Source of the DNA: Bacteroidota bacterium
Lineage (GTDB): Bacteria; Bacteroidota; Ignavibacteria; Palsa-1295
Reading direction: 5' to 3'
DNA: 64,000 bases
Assembly (NCBI GenBank): GCA_030706385.1
Contig: JAUZOQ010000006.1
Coordinates: 1,196-65,195, forward strand
The translations under genes and the position numbers were made by a program. The notes beneath the pieces were generated by a model. That model made no database searches and had not been told where the DNA came from. It saw nothing but the letters and a program-made list of their open reading frames with translations. Shown here piece after piece: positions 27,967-38,054 of this stretch (the stretch's first letter is position 1; each line of letters starts with the position of its first letter).

Positions 27967-29346
27967 ATGACAGAAGAACGCATATTAGATTTTTTAGATG
28001 GCAATCTGGACTCCTCCGAGGAAGAGGAGCTTCTACATAGACTTGCTGTCTCGCCCGAAAGGCGCAACCTGTTAAAACAGCATCTCCAAATGAGAGATCT
28101 GACTGCGACACTTTCTCGCAGGCAAACCGTTGTGGTTCCTAAAATGCTTACAGCATCACTGTTTACTGCATTAGCGGCAAATGGATATGCCGGACCGTTA
28201 ATCCCTACCGAGCTAAATCAGAAGGAGTCGTTAGTTGCCTCGCTTGAGAGTGATCTTAATCGATCGGCAAAGAACATTGCCGCCTCAAAATCGATTTTCT
28301 CTGTGCGTCGATCCGTTCTTGCATTAACCAGCGTCCTCTCTTTCATAGTTGGCGGAGTTTTGGTTTTTGCATTAATGCCAGGCACAGACGGACATGGTGT
28401 GAGCTACCGTACCCCCACTTCTTCAAGTATTCCGAACGTTGCACCTGGGATTGTCTCTAGTGCAACTTCCAGTTTCTTGCAGCATCAATCACCGCATGTA
28501 ACCAATCGAGTGACCCAAGCTAATTCTAGTTCTGAGTTCATCCCAGTCATCCAAGTAGCGGGCGAATATGACGAAAATCAAGGAGTCGAACACTCACTCG
28601 TACCGACTTCCAATCAACCCAACAATCCAATCGAGGCACGAGGTGATGACGGCATGGCCAATATTTCCATGGCGGATCTGCCGTCAGCCGCATCTTTTGC
28701 AAAGTCAGAGTTAGCAGACTTTGTTGGTTCTAGACCGGGCCCCAAGAATCCGTTCGACATGAAGGATCCGATTGACGAAACGAAAAGGTCGTTCTGGCAA
28801 CGCCTTACGGTATCTCTTCGCGCAGGAGAGGGAAAGGCACCTGGCAATGAACAGGCGCTTTCGGGCTCGTTGATTGAAATAAAAGCTTCTGCAGATATCG
28901 CGGATTGGTTGGTCGCGAAGGTTTCTTTGGGCCAGTTTATGCCCTATGAAACCCAGGCAATTACTGCTCAGCCGGGGGTCAATAGCGATGGTGTTCCGTT
29001 GCTTCAACTAAGTCCTGTTCTGCAATATAAATATATTATTGGCGCTGAGTGCGGACTTAAATTCGGAATGTTTAATGCCCCTTTTGAATTTTCGGCTGGG
29101 TTCATTAGTGATCTCCAAGGGACGGTGGTCCCTCGGGCAGGTTTGTTTACAAGCCTTCCGCTTCAGGATGATTTGAGTATGAATATTGGTCTTGAAGGGA
29201 TGATCTATACTCATGACATTCGCTCGTCTATTCGGACTGCTCAAAATGGCTACTCAGGTGGTCATCCTTCACTCATAGGAGCACTCAAGGAGAAGGAATC
29301 GACTGGGTTTATTGGACCGGCGATAGAAATGGTCTGGCATTTCTGA
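27967..29346 (+). CDS. Putative membrane-spanning anti-sigma factor
   Basis: Lies immediately downstream of the ECF sigma gene. N-terminal cytoplasmic anti-sigma-like helix (ILDFLDGNLDSSEEEELLHRLAVSPERRNLLKQHLQMRDL), one transmembrane segment (VLALTSVLSFIVGGVLVFALMP), then a roughly 320-aa extracytoplasmic domain. Confidence 0.55.
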   Translation: MTEERILDFLDGNLDSSEEEELLHRLAVSPERRNLLKQHLQMRDLTATLSRRQTVVVPKMLTASLFTALAANGYAGPLIPTELNQKESLVASLESDLNRSAKNIAASKSIFSVRRSVLALTSVLSFIVGGVLVFALMPGTDGHGVSYRTPTSSSIPNVAPGIVSSATSSFLQHQSPHVTNRVTQANSSSEFIPVIQVAGEYDENQGVEHSLVPTSNQPNNPIEARGDDGMANISMADLPSAASFAKSELADFVGSRPGPKNPFDMKDPIDETKRSFWQRLTVSLRAGEGKAPGNEQALSGSLIEIKASADIADWLVAKVSLGQFMPYETQAITAQPGVNSDGVPLLQLSPVLQYKYIIGAECGLKFGMFNAPFEFSAGFISDLQGTVVPRAGLFTSLPLQDDLSMNIGLEGMIYTHDIRSSIRTAQNGYSGGHPSLIGALKEKESTGFIGPAIEMVWHF

Positions 29347-29356
29347 CATCATCAAT

Positions 29357-30130
29357 TTGAAAAAACATTCGTACCCTTTCGCAGTTCACAAGGTGCATCT
29401 TCATCGCAGTAGAGGATACGAATCTAACGTGAATCGTTGGTCGGGACGAATTGTGTTTCTGATCCTCTGCATTTTTTTGGGCTGTGTTCCATCGCCATCC
29501 GAAAACGCAAATGAACCACCCAAAACGACTGATCTTACGGCATTCTTTATTCCCAAGAACCCTAGCTCCCTCTACCTATGGCGGCATACACCACAGTTGC
29601 CGTCGTTCGATTCATCGTACTTCGTTCAATACGTAGATGACATTTCAGGAAAAACTCCTGAAGGTTTTTCTCCTATTTCAAAGCTTCTCTTGTTTGACAC
29701 AACCTGGAATGACACCACGATCAAAGAGGCGTATATCTCTGACACACTGATCATGCTCTATTTTGGTGCCGCCATAGATCCAAATACGCCACACCAAATC
29801 GTACTGAAAGATACTCTTAAGGTTGGAGCCTCTTGGATAGCTTCTGATAATTTTAGGACAAGAAATGGATCTCTCATAACCATCAACGCATTAGTTGAAA
29901 GTTACTATGCTGAGACTTCATCGAGGAATAGGACATTCAACGACGTATACCGAATATCCTATTCTGTAGCCACTAAAGGATCACAAGATCCTCTCGAGCC
30001 TGAATATCAAAATGGGACCAAGTATTCAGTTTACTACGCAAGAGGAATCGGCGATTTTCTTGAAATCTGCAGAAACTCACAGGACTCTCTTGTATTCACT
30101 AATGAATTGATGGAAACTCGCGCCCGATAA
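29357..30130 (+). CDS. Hypothetical lipoprotein
   Basis: Hydrophobic segment followed by Cys (IVFLILCIFLGCVPSPSENANEPP). 257 aa, no recognisable domain. Follows the anti-sigma gene after a 10-nt gap, so it may be the regulated cargo. Confidence 0.45.
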   Translation: MKKHSYPFAVHKVHLHRSRGYESNVNRWSGRIVFLILCIFLGCVPSPSENANEPPKTTDLTAFFIPKNPSSLYLWRHTPQLPSFDSSYFVQYVDDISGKTPEGFSPISKLLLFDTTWNDTTIKEAYISDTLIMLYFGAAIDPNTPHQIVLKDTLKVGASWIASDNFRTRNGSLITINALVESYYAETSSRNRTFNDVYRISYSVATKGSQDPLEPEYQNGTKYSVYYARGIGDFLEICRNSQDSLVFTNELMETRAR

Positions 30131-30149
30131 TCTCCGTTGAATTGCGTTA

Positions 30150-30680
30150 ATGGAGAAGGTAGAGGATAGGTTTACGTTGAAAATACGAGGGTTGGGGCAT
30201 GGATCTCATTCCATTGATATTGCGGTCCCATCGGAATCACTCGATTTGCCTATGTTTCATGGTAAGATCACTGCCAAGGGGCAGATCACGGTCGGTGAGA
30301 GCCTCCTGCTTTCCCTGAGACTTGAGGCCACAGGAAGTTTTATATGCGACCGTTGCGGTTGTGATTTTGAAAGGACCTTTCGGCCAGAGATACAACTCCT
30401 TTACGTGCCTCCGCAATTGGCCACTTCGCTTAATGAAGATGACGATGTTCATGTTTTTGACACACAAACCAACGAAATCGACTTCACAGAGGATATACGA
30501 GATGCTGTTATGCTGGCAATTCCGATGAAAAACCTGCACAGCCCTGACTGCAAACCGCTGATTGCTGGAGAAGAAAAGGGTATTTTGGATGACCGACTCT
30601 CGGCGCTGGGAGGGCTCTATGCAAAACTTCGAGAAGAAGAAATGAACTCTGAGGGGACCGGAAGTGTTTCACAGGGCTAA
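30150..30680 (+). CDS. yceD: YceD/DUF177 family protein (large-subunit rRNA accumulation protein)
   Basis: CxxC...CxxC arrangement (CDRCGC ... ) and the conserved position immediately upstream of rpmF. Confidence 0.75.
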   Translation: MEKVEDRFTLKIRGLGHGSHSIDIAVPSESLDLPMFHGKITAKGQITVGESLLLSLRLEATGSFICDRCGCDFERTFRPEIQLLYVPPQLATSLNEDDDVHVFDTQTNEIDFTEDIRDAVMLAIPMKNLHSPDCKPLIAGEEKGILDDRLSALGGLYAKLREEEMNSEGTGSVSQG

Positions 30681-30706
30681 TTTTAAGATATGTAATTTGA
30701 GATACT

Positions 30707-30892
30707 ATGCCAAATCCAACTCATCGCAACTCACGAACGCGCCGCGATAAACGCCGGACTCATTATAAAGCTGCCAAACCGTCGTTTGGCGAGTGTAAGA
30801 ACTGTGGAGCGATGAAACTCCTTCATCGTGCCTGCCCCAGTTGTGGTTACTACAACGGCAGGACAATGTTCGCCCCAAAGGCGTTAGCATAA
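30707..30892 (+). CDS. rpmF: 50S ribosomal protein L32
   Basis: MPNPTHRNSRTRRDKRRTHYKAAKPSFGECKNCGAMKLLHRACPSCGYY (zinc-ribbon L32). 61 aa. Confidence 0.9.
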   Translation: MPNPTHRNSRTRRDKRRTHYKAAKPSFGECKNCGAMKLLHRACPSCGYYNGRTMFAPKALA

Positions 30893-30984
30893 AGCTGAAT
30901 GAATCTTGAAAAGTCGTTCTTCTTGCGTTCCTGTCGCGCAAGATGAGCGGCTTTCCTGTTCTTACGGTGCAATACAATTATTGA

Positions 30985-31995
30985 ATGATTACCATTGCTC
31001 TCGATACTATGGGTGCGGATTTCTCACCGCGAAATGAAGTTAGCGGTGCCATAGGCGTGCTTCGGGAAACGGGAGGTAGATTTCGGGTTTTGCTAATTGG
31101 TCAGAAAGAAATACTCGAACGAGAATTAGAGAATCATCGTGCTTATCCGAAGGACAAGATCGAGATTGTCGATGCGCCTGAAATCATTGAGATGGGGGAG
31201 GAGCCGGTACATGCGCTCAGGCAGAAACGCCAGTCATCCATTGTTGTCGGATTGCAAGCAATCAAGCAGAAGCAGGCCGAAGCATTTGTCAGTGCAGGCA
31301 ATACTGGCGCAGTAATGAGCGGAAGCACGCTCGAACTAGGACGAATTTTCGGCGTAAGCCGGCCGATGATTGGCTCGCAATTCCCTCGCGATGGCGGGGG
31401 GTATACTCTTGTCTTCGACGTTGGCGCAACTGTCGACGCAAAGCCGCATTGGCTGAAGGAATATGGTATTATGGGGTCACTGTATTCTAAGGCGATCTTC
31501 GGAGTGGCAAATCCTAGCGTTGCATTGTTATCCGTCGGTGAAGAATCGACAAAAGGTAACAACCTCACCTTCGCAGCCGCCGAATTGCTCGGCGCCTCTC
31601 CTGTGAATTTTGTTGGTAATGTCGAAGGTCGGGATATCTTTACCAACAAAGCGGATATTATCTTATGTGATGGTTTCACTGGAAATATTCTATTGAAATT
31701 TGCTGAAAGTATCCTGCCTGCACTGAAATCACGAGTTAGAAGATATTCTGAGCAAGGCTTTGTTCAAAAACTGAAAGCTGCCATTACAGCGTCGGTATTG
31801 CGTCACACGTTGAAGGATTTTGATTATCAGGAATATGGTGGAGTACCACTCCTTGGGTTAAATGGAGTGGGTCTTATCGGTCACGGGAGTTCAACACCCC
31901 CTGCCTTTCGGGCCAGGTTGCTTCGAGCTGAGGAGATGATAAAGAAGGATTTGGTAAGCACGATTTCCAAAGCTTTCGAAGCGGAAAAAGCTTAA
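30985..31995 (+). CDS. plsX: Phosphate acyltransferase PlsX
   Basis: MITIALDTMGADFSPRNEV... and a conserved FVSAGNTGA block. 336 aa. In the classic rpmF-plsX-fab cluster. Confidence 0.93.
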   Translation: MITIALDTMGADFSPRNEVSGAIGVLRETGGRFRVLLIGQKEILERELENHRAYPKDKIEIVDAPEIIEMGEEPVHALRQKRQSSIVVGLQAIKQKQAEAFVSAGNTGAVMSGSTLELGRIFGVSRPMIGSQFPRDGGGYTLVFDVGATVDAKPHWLKEYGIMGSLYSKAIFGVANPSVALLSVGEESTKGNNLTFAAAELLGASPVNFVGNVEGRDIFTNKADIILCDGFTGNILLKFAESILPALKSRVRRYSEQGFVQKLKAAITASVLRHTLKDFDYQEYGGVPLLGLNGVGLIGHGSSTPPAFRARLLRAEEMIKKDLVSTISKAFEAEKA

Positions 31996-32006
31996 TTATG
32001 AATTGA

Positions 32007-33011
32007 ATGAAGAAAATTACGACTTTGAGACAAGCAGCCATCACTTCTGTAGCACACTATTTGCCCGAAGAAGTCTTGCCGAACTCTTTTTTTTCTTCCT
32101 ATCTTGATACAAGCGACGAATGGATCAAGACAAGGACAGGCATTAACACTCGACGAATACTCCGCAAGGGTGGATCCAGCGATTTGGCATTACCCGCAGT
32201 GAAGCGTTTATTAGAGAAAAGGGGAATCACGGCAAACGATATTGACATCATTATTTTTTGTACCGTCACTCCCGATATGTTTTTCCCGTCGACAGCATGT
32301 GTGTTGCAAGACAAGATTGGCGCAAAGAATGCCTGGGGTTTTGATCTTTCGGGAGCTTGTTCAGGATTTCTCTTTGGGCTTGAAACCGGTCGAAGATTTA
32401 TCGAAGCTGGTGGGGCCGAGAAGGTTTTAGTTATTGGTGCCGATAAAATGAGCTCTATTATCGATTATAACGATAGAAATACCTGCCCTCTTTTCGGCGA
32501 CGGTGGTGGTGCAGTATTGCTTGAGCCCATTGAAGAGAGTGAGTATGGAATTCTCGATTCCATATTGCACATCGACGGATCGGGAGGAGAACATCTCCAC
32601 ATGAAGGCAGGCGGAAGCCTTAATCCGACTACGCATGAAACGGTTGATAAGAAATGGCATTATGTCTATCAGGAAGGTAAGACTGTATTTAAGAGTGCAG
32701 TAGTCGGGATGGCGGATGTGTCAGCTGAGATCGTTGAAAAGAATCACTTGACATCGGATGATATAGCCTACCTGGTTCCTCATCAAGCTAACCTGCGAAT
32801 TATCGATGCGACAAGGGAGCGAATGGGCATCCCGCCGGAAAAAGTCATGATAAATATCGACAAATATGGAAATACTACTGCAGCCACAATACCGATCTGT
32901 TTAAGCGAGTGGCATGAAGCCGGAAAGATCGCCAAAGGCGATTATCTCGTACTGGCTAGTTTCGGTGCAGGGTATACCTGGGGTTCGATTCTTATTCGGT
33001 GGGCTTACTAA
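32007..33011 (+). CDS. fabH: 3-oxoacyl-ACP synthase III
   Basis: Active-site region [15 protein letters not shown], plus HQAN and the C-terminal GAGYTWGS. 334 aa. Confidence 0.93.
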   Translation: MKKITTLRQAAITSVAHYLPEEVLPNSFFSSYLDTSDEWIKTRTGINTRRILRKGGSSDLALPAVKRLLEKRGITANDIDIIIFCTVTPDMFFPSTACVLQDKIGAKNAWGFDLSGACSGFLFGLETGRRFIEAGGAEKVLVIGADKMSSIIDYNDRNTCPLFGDGGGAVLLEPIEESEYGILDSILHIDGSGGEHLHMKAGGSLNPTTHETVDKKWHYVYQEGKTVFKSAVVGMADVSAEIVEKNHLTSDDIAYLVPHQANLRIIDATRERMGIPPEKVMINIDKYGNTTAATIPICLSEWHEAGKIAKGDYLVLASFGAGYTWGSILIRWAY

Positions 33012-33023
33012 TTTCCAAGAATC

Positions 33024-33920
33024 ATGATTGCTTACGTATTCCCAGGTCAAGGGTCACAGTATGTCGGAATGGCAAAAGAGTTTGCTAATATTCCGGCTGC
33101 CAAAGAATTGATGATGCAGTCTGATGATATTCTCCAAGTTCATCTGACCAAGATCATGACGGAGGGACCTGAGGAAATGTTACGGCAAACAGAATTCACT
33201 CAGCCCGCCATCTTCCTTCATTCCATTCTAGCCTTACGTTTCGGCGATCATCATGAGCCTCCTAAGGCCTTCGCCGGTCATTCTCTTGGCGAATTTACAG
33301 CCCTTTGTGCCTCGGGAGCACTGGAATTCGTTGACGCCCTCAATCTCGTATTTGTACGGGGAAAATTGATGGCTGAATCAGGAAAACGGAGTCCCGGTAC
33401 GATGGCCGCGATCATAGGAATGGATGCCGCTACGCTAAAGAAAATGTGCGAAGAAATCGAGATGGAGACCGGTAACATAGTGCGACCCGCAAATTACAAT
33501 TCACCAGGGCAAATCGTTGTTTCAGGTTCAGTCCATGGTGTCCATGAAGCAATTCGGCGCGCCAAGGAAAAGGGTATTAGAATTGCTAAAGAATTGCCCG
33601 TTTCAGGAGCATTTCATTCACCACTAATGCAATATGCTGCGGATGGTTTGAAGGAAGTTCTTGCCTCGACGATCATTTCCAAGCCAACTGCTCCGGTCTT
33701 CGCCAATGCCAGCGCCCAGCCTCACGGTGAACCCGACGCAATTCGTGATCTTCTCGTCGAACAGTTGACAGCTCCTGTACGTTGGGAGGAGATCATACAT
33801 AATATGTATGATTATGGAATTCGCGAGTTTGTTGAGTTTGGCCCGGGTAAAGTGTTGCAGGGGCTGATTGGAAGAACGCTCAACGCCGTGAAGACTGTTG
33901 GTGTTGAGAGGCCACAATAG
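33024..33920 (+). CDS. fabD: Malonyl-CoA:ACP transacylase
   Basis: FPGQGSQYVGM and GHSLGEFTAL (the GHSxG active site). 298 aa. Confidence 0.93.
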   Translation: MIAYVFPGQGSQYVGMAKEFANIPAAKELMMQSDDILQVHLTKIMTEGPEEMLRQTEFTQPAIFLHSILALRFGDHHEPPKAFAGHSLGEFTALCASGALEFVDALNLVFVRGKLMAESGKRSPGTMAAIIGMDAATLKKMCEEIEMETGNIVRPANYNSPGQIVVSGSVHGVHEAIRRAKEKGIRIAKELPVSGAFHSPLMQYAADGLKEVLASTIISKPTAPVFANASAQPHGEPDAIRDLLVEQLTAPVRWEEIIHNMYDYGIREFVEFGPGKVLQGLIGRTLNAVKTVGVERPQ

Positions 33921-33945
33921 TATTTGATTGTAATCTTTCGTATTT

Positions 33946-34689
33946 TTGGACAATAATATTACAAAAACCTTGACTGCAGCACATTTGGGCGAAGAGCATC
34001 AGTTCGACGAGGAATCGGACATCCCCGAGCATCGATTGGCACCGTTAACCGTGAAGGGGTTTAAGGTCGATGAGCTTATCTTTACCCAAGGGTTTGTTAA
34101 CTATTGCGACATTGATAAGTGTGGCGGAGGATGTTGTCATAGCGGTGTCTATGTTGACTCCAAAGAGTATGAAAACATTCTTATCCATAAAGATGATATA
34201 ATTTCTGTCATGGATGAGACGCAGATAAAGGACCCTGCGCAATGGTTTGACGGAGAGTGGATCGAGGATGCTGATTTCCCAACTGGTCGCGCAACTGGCA
34301 CTCAGGTGCATGATCGGGATGGGGGAATATCCGGATTTACCGAGGGATGTGTTTTCCTTGATAAACGCCATTTCTGTTCGATTCAGGTTGCTGCAGCGTC
34401 AAAAGGCTTGCATCGGTGGGCCTGGAAGCCAACCTACTGCATTATGTTTCCCATAACGGTTACTGAGGCAACGATCACATATGATGATTCGCATTCTGTC
34501 GATCTGCATTACTGCGGCCCAAATGGCGCGGGAAATTATGTTCATTCCGTCTATGAAGCGATGAAAGAGGAATTACAGAATTTTCTTTCGAAAGAAGAAT
34601 TCGAAAAGGTTGAAGCCTATTATCAGGCGAATAGGCCAAGGTTTGAAGCCGAGCGAATCAAGAATTCGCTTGTGCAAATCTCACTTTAA
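33946..34689 (+). CDS. Cys-rich hypothetical protein (C-x4-C-x3-CC motif; possibly DUF3109 / YkgJ-like metal-binding family)
   Basis: 247 aa. FVNYCDIDKCGGGCCHSGVYV near the N-terminus, additional Cys/His further in (CVFLDKRHFCSIQ, HYCGPNG). No signal peptide. Inserted between fabD and fabG. The family name is recalled from the motif and not verified. Confidence 0.55.
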   Translation: MDNNITKTLTAAHLGEEHQFDEESDIPEHRLAPLTVKGFKVDELIFTQGFVNYCDIDKCGGGCCHSGVYVDSKEYENILIHKDDIISVMDETQIKDPAQWFDGEWIEDADFPTGRATGTQVHDRDGGISGFTEGCVFLDKRHFCSIQVAAASKGLHRWAWKPTYCIMFPITVTEATITYDDSHSVDLHYCGPNGAGNYVHSVYEAMKEELQNFLSKEEFEKVEAYYQANRPRFEAERIKNSLVQISL

Positions 34690-34731
34690 GAATGATAAAC
34701 TCCGATTCAACAATCATTTGTATTTAGTCGC

Positions 34732-35481
34732 TTGATCATGAACCTAACTGGACATTCGGCAATCGTAACAGGTGGATCCCGAGGGATAGGTCGGGCAATT
34801 GCAATTCGTCTTGCCACTGAAGGTGCGGATGTCGCTTTCACCTATGTTACAAACGAAAGTGCAGCTCTCGAAGCAAAGGCGGCTATAGAATCACTAAATA
34901 GGAAAGTGCTTGCAATTAAGGCTGATGCCTCAACTGCAATTGGAGCAAATGAAGTGGTCGAAAAGACGATAGAAGCTTTTGGCAAGATTGATATCCTGGT
35001 CAATAATGCCGGGATTACTCGCGATACCCTGCTAATGAGAATGTCAGAAGATGATTGGGATGCAGTACTTGACACAAACTTGAAAGGAGTATTTTTGCTT
35101 ACAAAGGCAGCAATACGACCAATGATGAGCGCAAAGCGCGGGAAGATAATTACCATTTCCAGTGTTGTAGGCCTCGTCGGAAATCCAGGACAGGCAAATT
35201 ACTGTGCTTCGAAGGCTGGTGTAATAGGATTTTCCAAGTCTCTGGCCAAGGAAGTTGGTTCAAGAGGAATAACTGTAAATGTTATTGCGCCGGGTTATAT
35301 AGAGACAGATATGACCGAGAAATTGAATGAGGCCCAGCGTAAAGCGATAATGGATTTAATTCCTTTGAAACGTATTGGACGGCCTCAGGAAGTAGCTGGA
35401 CTGGCAGCATTTTTGGCTTCCACCGACGCAGACTATATTACCGGTGAGGTCATTAAGCTGGACGGTGGTATGGCGATGTAG
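34732..35481 (+). CDS. fabG: 3-oxoacyl-ACP reductase
   Basis: TGGSRGIGRAIA (Rossmann), NAGITRD, and the catalytic YCASKAG. 249 aa. Confidence 0.92.
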   Translation: MIMNLTGHSAIVTGGSRGIGRAIAIRLATEGADVAFTYVTNESAALEAKAAIESLNRKVLAIKADASTAIGANEVVEKTIEAFGKIDILVNNAGITRDTLLMRMSEDDWDAVLDTNLKGVFLLTKAAIRPMMSAKRGKIITISSVVGLVGNPGQANYCASKAGVIGFSKSLAKEVGSRGITVNVIAPGYIETDMTEKLNEAQRKAIMDLIPLKRIGRPQEVAGLAAFLASTDADYITGEVIKLDGGMAM

Positions 35482-35545
35482 CAGAATACTGATTTATCTT
35501 TGAATTCAAAACATTTTCACATTAAACATTACTACAAATATACAT

Positions 35546-35785
35546 ATGGCAGATCAGAACATCGAATCCAAAGTTCGCGAGATAATCGTTTCCAAGCTCG
35601 GCGTTGAAGAATCTCAGGTCACGACGGCTGCTTCCTTCACGAAAGATCTTGGCGCGGATTCTCTTGATACCGTTGAGCTTGTAATGGAATTTGAGAAGGA
35701 ATTCGGCCTGCAGATCCCCGACGAGGATGCCGAGAAAATCCAGTCTGTGGGTGATGCAGTAAGTTACATAAGTTCGAAAAAATAA
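35546..35785 (+). CDS. acpP: Acyl carrier protein
   Basis: [20 protein letters not shown] (phosphopantetheine Ser in the DSLD motif). 79 aa. Confidence 0.93.
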   Translation: MADQNIESKVREIIVSKLGVEESQVTTAASFTKDLGADSLDTVELVMEFEKEFGLQIPDEDAEKIQSVGDAVSYISSKK

Positions 35786-35800
35786 CGTTAGATCTTATTT

Positions 35801-37051
35801 ATGCCTGACGAACGAAGAGTAGTAGTAACCGGAATGGGAGCCATCACTCCCATTGGTAATGATATTTCTGCTGTTTGGGAAAGTCTTGCAAATGGCAGAT
35901 CAGGAGCTGCAAGAATTGCCCGCTTCGATCCCACCGGTTACGATACAACCTTCGCATGCGAAGTGAAGCACTTCGATGTACTAAAATTTGTCGATCGCAA
36001 GCTTTCAAACCGCATGGATCTATTCACGCAGTTTGGGATGGCTGCAAGCGAGATGGCAGTAGTTGATTCAGGGCTTAATCTCGATACAGTCAATCGCGAG
36101 AGAGTTGGTGTTATCTACGGTTCGGGCATTGGCGGCATGTGGGCAAATTTCAAGCAGCAGGAATCTGTCTATGCCACAGGTGGCCCCCATCGTATTTCGC
36201 CGTTCTTTGTTCCGATGATCATTTCGGATATTTGCGCTGGCTATATTTCAATGCGTTACGGTTTCAAAGGACCGAATTATGCGACGACGAGCGCATGCGC
36301 AACGAGTAATCATGCGATCATCGATGCGATGATGTATATTCAGCGCGGACTCGCCGACGTTATGGTTGCCGGGGGTTCTGAGGCAGCTATTTGTCAAATG
36401 GGAGTGGGCGGGTTCAACGCGATGAAGGCGTTATCAACACGAAATGATGCTCCGGAAAAGGCAAGTCGTCCTTTTGATAAGGAGCGAGATGGTTTTGTAA
36501 TGGGAGAAGGCGGAGGAAGTCTTATTCTCGAAGAACTTCAGCATGCGAAAAACCGAGGCGCGAAGATATACGCCGAATTAGTTGGCTTCGGAGCGACGGC
36601 GGATGCTCACCATATTACCCAGCCTGCTCCGGGCGGAGAGGGAGCTGTTCGTTCTATGAAAATGTCTCTTGCTGTTGCAGGTCTTAAGCCTGAGGATATT
36701 GATTACATCAATGTTCACGGTACCTCGACGCCTCAAGGTGATATTTCAGAGACGGAGGCAATCAAGACGACCTTTGGCCCTCATGCCCAGAAGGTTGCCA
36801 TTAGCTCAACAAAGTCTATGACGGGGCATCTGCTCGGAGCTGCCGGAGCCGTCGAAGCAATATTTAGTGTGTTGGCAATTGAGAACCAAATCGCTCCGCC
36901 GACAATTAATCTTGAATTCCCCGATCCCCAATGCGACCTTGATTATGTTCCGAATGTCGCCCGCCCAATGAAAATCGATGCTGCCATGAGTAATGGCTTT
37001 GGATTCGGTGGTCACAATGCCACTCTCATTTTTACCAAATATAGCGAATGA
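35801..37051 (+). CDS. fabF: 3-oxoacyl-ACP synthase II
   Basis: KAS I/II fold with active-site Cys context (ATTSACATSNHAI) and the His-His motifs (HGTSTP, TGHLLGAAG). 416 aa. Confidence 0.93.
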   Translation: MPDERRVVVTGMGAITPIGNDISAVWESLANGRSGAARIARFDPTGYDTTFACEVKHFDVLKFVDRKLSNRMDLFTQFGMAASEMAVVDSGLNLDTVNRERVGVIYGSGIGGMWANFKQQESVYATGGPHRISPFFVPMIISDICAGYISMRYGFKGPNYATTSACATSNHAIIDAMMYIQRGLADVMVAGGSEAAICQMGVGGFNAMKALSTRNDAPEKASRPFDKERDGFVMGEGGGSLILEELQHAKNRGAKIYAELVGFGATADAHHITQPAPGGEGAVRSMKMSLAVAGLKPEDIDYINVHGTSTPQGDISETEAIKTTFGPHAQKVAISSTKSMTGHLLGAAGAVEAIFSVLAIENQIAPPTINLEFPDPQCDLDYVPNVARPMKIDAAMSNGFGFGGHNATLIFTKYSE

Positions 37052-37282
37052 TATCGCTTCCGTTCAATCTTAAGCAGTCGTGAGTCAAAACAACGGAGAA
37101 TCAAAGAGTTTCATAGATAAAGTCCGTGCACGGATCGATCGATATCGTGAAATAGGTGAGGCTCGAAGGCAGCGCTTCGCCCGTGGAGAAAAGCCATTGT
37201 TTACCTTGTGGGGCGATCGAAAGCCAGTCCCTGTCCCCGAAGCTCCGCCGGTACCCGGAGTAGCAAGGGGGACACTAAGTGC

Positions 37283-37991
37283 AATGGATTTTGACCTCCT
37301 GGAGCGACGCTTAGGATATGTCATAAAGTATCGCGTCTACTTCCTTCAGGCCCTTACTCATCGATCATACCTCCAGTTTGTCAACGATCCCTCGATGCAA
37401 TCCAATGAACGGTTAGAATTTCTTGGTGATGCAGTCTTGGATCTGGTAATTGGAGAGTATCTATACAGGGAATTTCAAAATCTTCCAGAAGGAGATCTGA
37501 CAAAGCTTCGTTCAAGACTAGTTTCGGGCGCAGCCCTTGCAAAACATGCTTCGGAGCTTGGACTCGAGCAGTTCATGCTGCTCTCTACTTCTGCCCAGAA
37601 TGCATTATTGCGAGGGTCCATGACGTTGCTTGCCGATGCCTACGAGGCTATCATTGCGGCAATCTATTTGGACGGTGGGATGGACGCGGCACGCGACTTC
37701 ATCTACCGGCACATAATTACTCACACTCGACGAGACGAATTGATGTTATCGGACACAAACTACAAGTCTATGCTTTTAGAGTATGTCCAATCGCAAAAAA
37801 TGGGAGTTCCGCGATACATTACTGTTAGTGAGGATGGTCCAAACCATGCACGGATCTTTAACGTAGAGGTAATGGTCGGAGGTATCGTTCACGGGGCTGG
37901 AAAAGGGCATTCAAAAAAGGAAGCGGAGCAAATGGCGGCCCAAATGGCCCTTCAAGAGCTAGGTCAGCTTAGTGTTACAGCAGGGGAATAG
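37283..37991 (+). CDS. rnc: Ribonuclease III
   Basis: RNase III signature ERLEFLGDAVLDL and a C-terminal dsRBD (GHSKKEAEQMAAQMAL). The track ORF opens at 37080 (no ATG, VSQNNGE...), adding a roughly 68-aa Lys/Arg/Pro-rich extension. The first ATG, at 37283, gives a canonical 236-aa protein. Confidence 0.8.
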
Positions 37992-38025
37992 TCCTCTTTT
38001 TATCACCTTGAATATTACTGGAGAT

Positions 38026-38054
38026 CCTCAACCTCACTTATGTGAGTGGTGAGG
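38026..38054. terminator. Hairpin between convergent rnc and desaturase genes (probable terminator)
   Basis: cctcaacctcac-ttatg-tgagtggtgagg followed by ttttcttc on the plus strand. It overlaps the last codons of the minus-strand desaturase. Confidence 0.4.
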
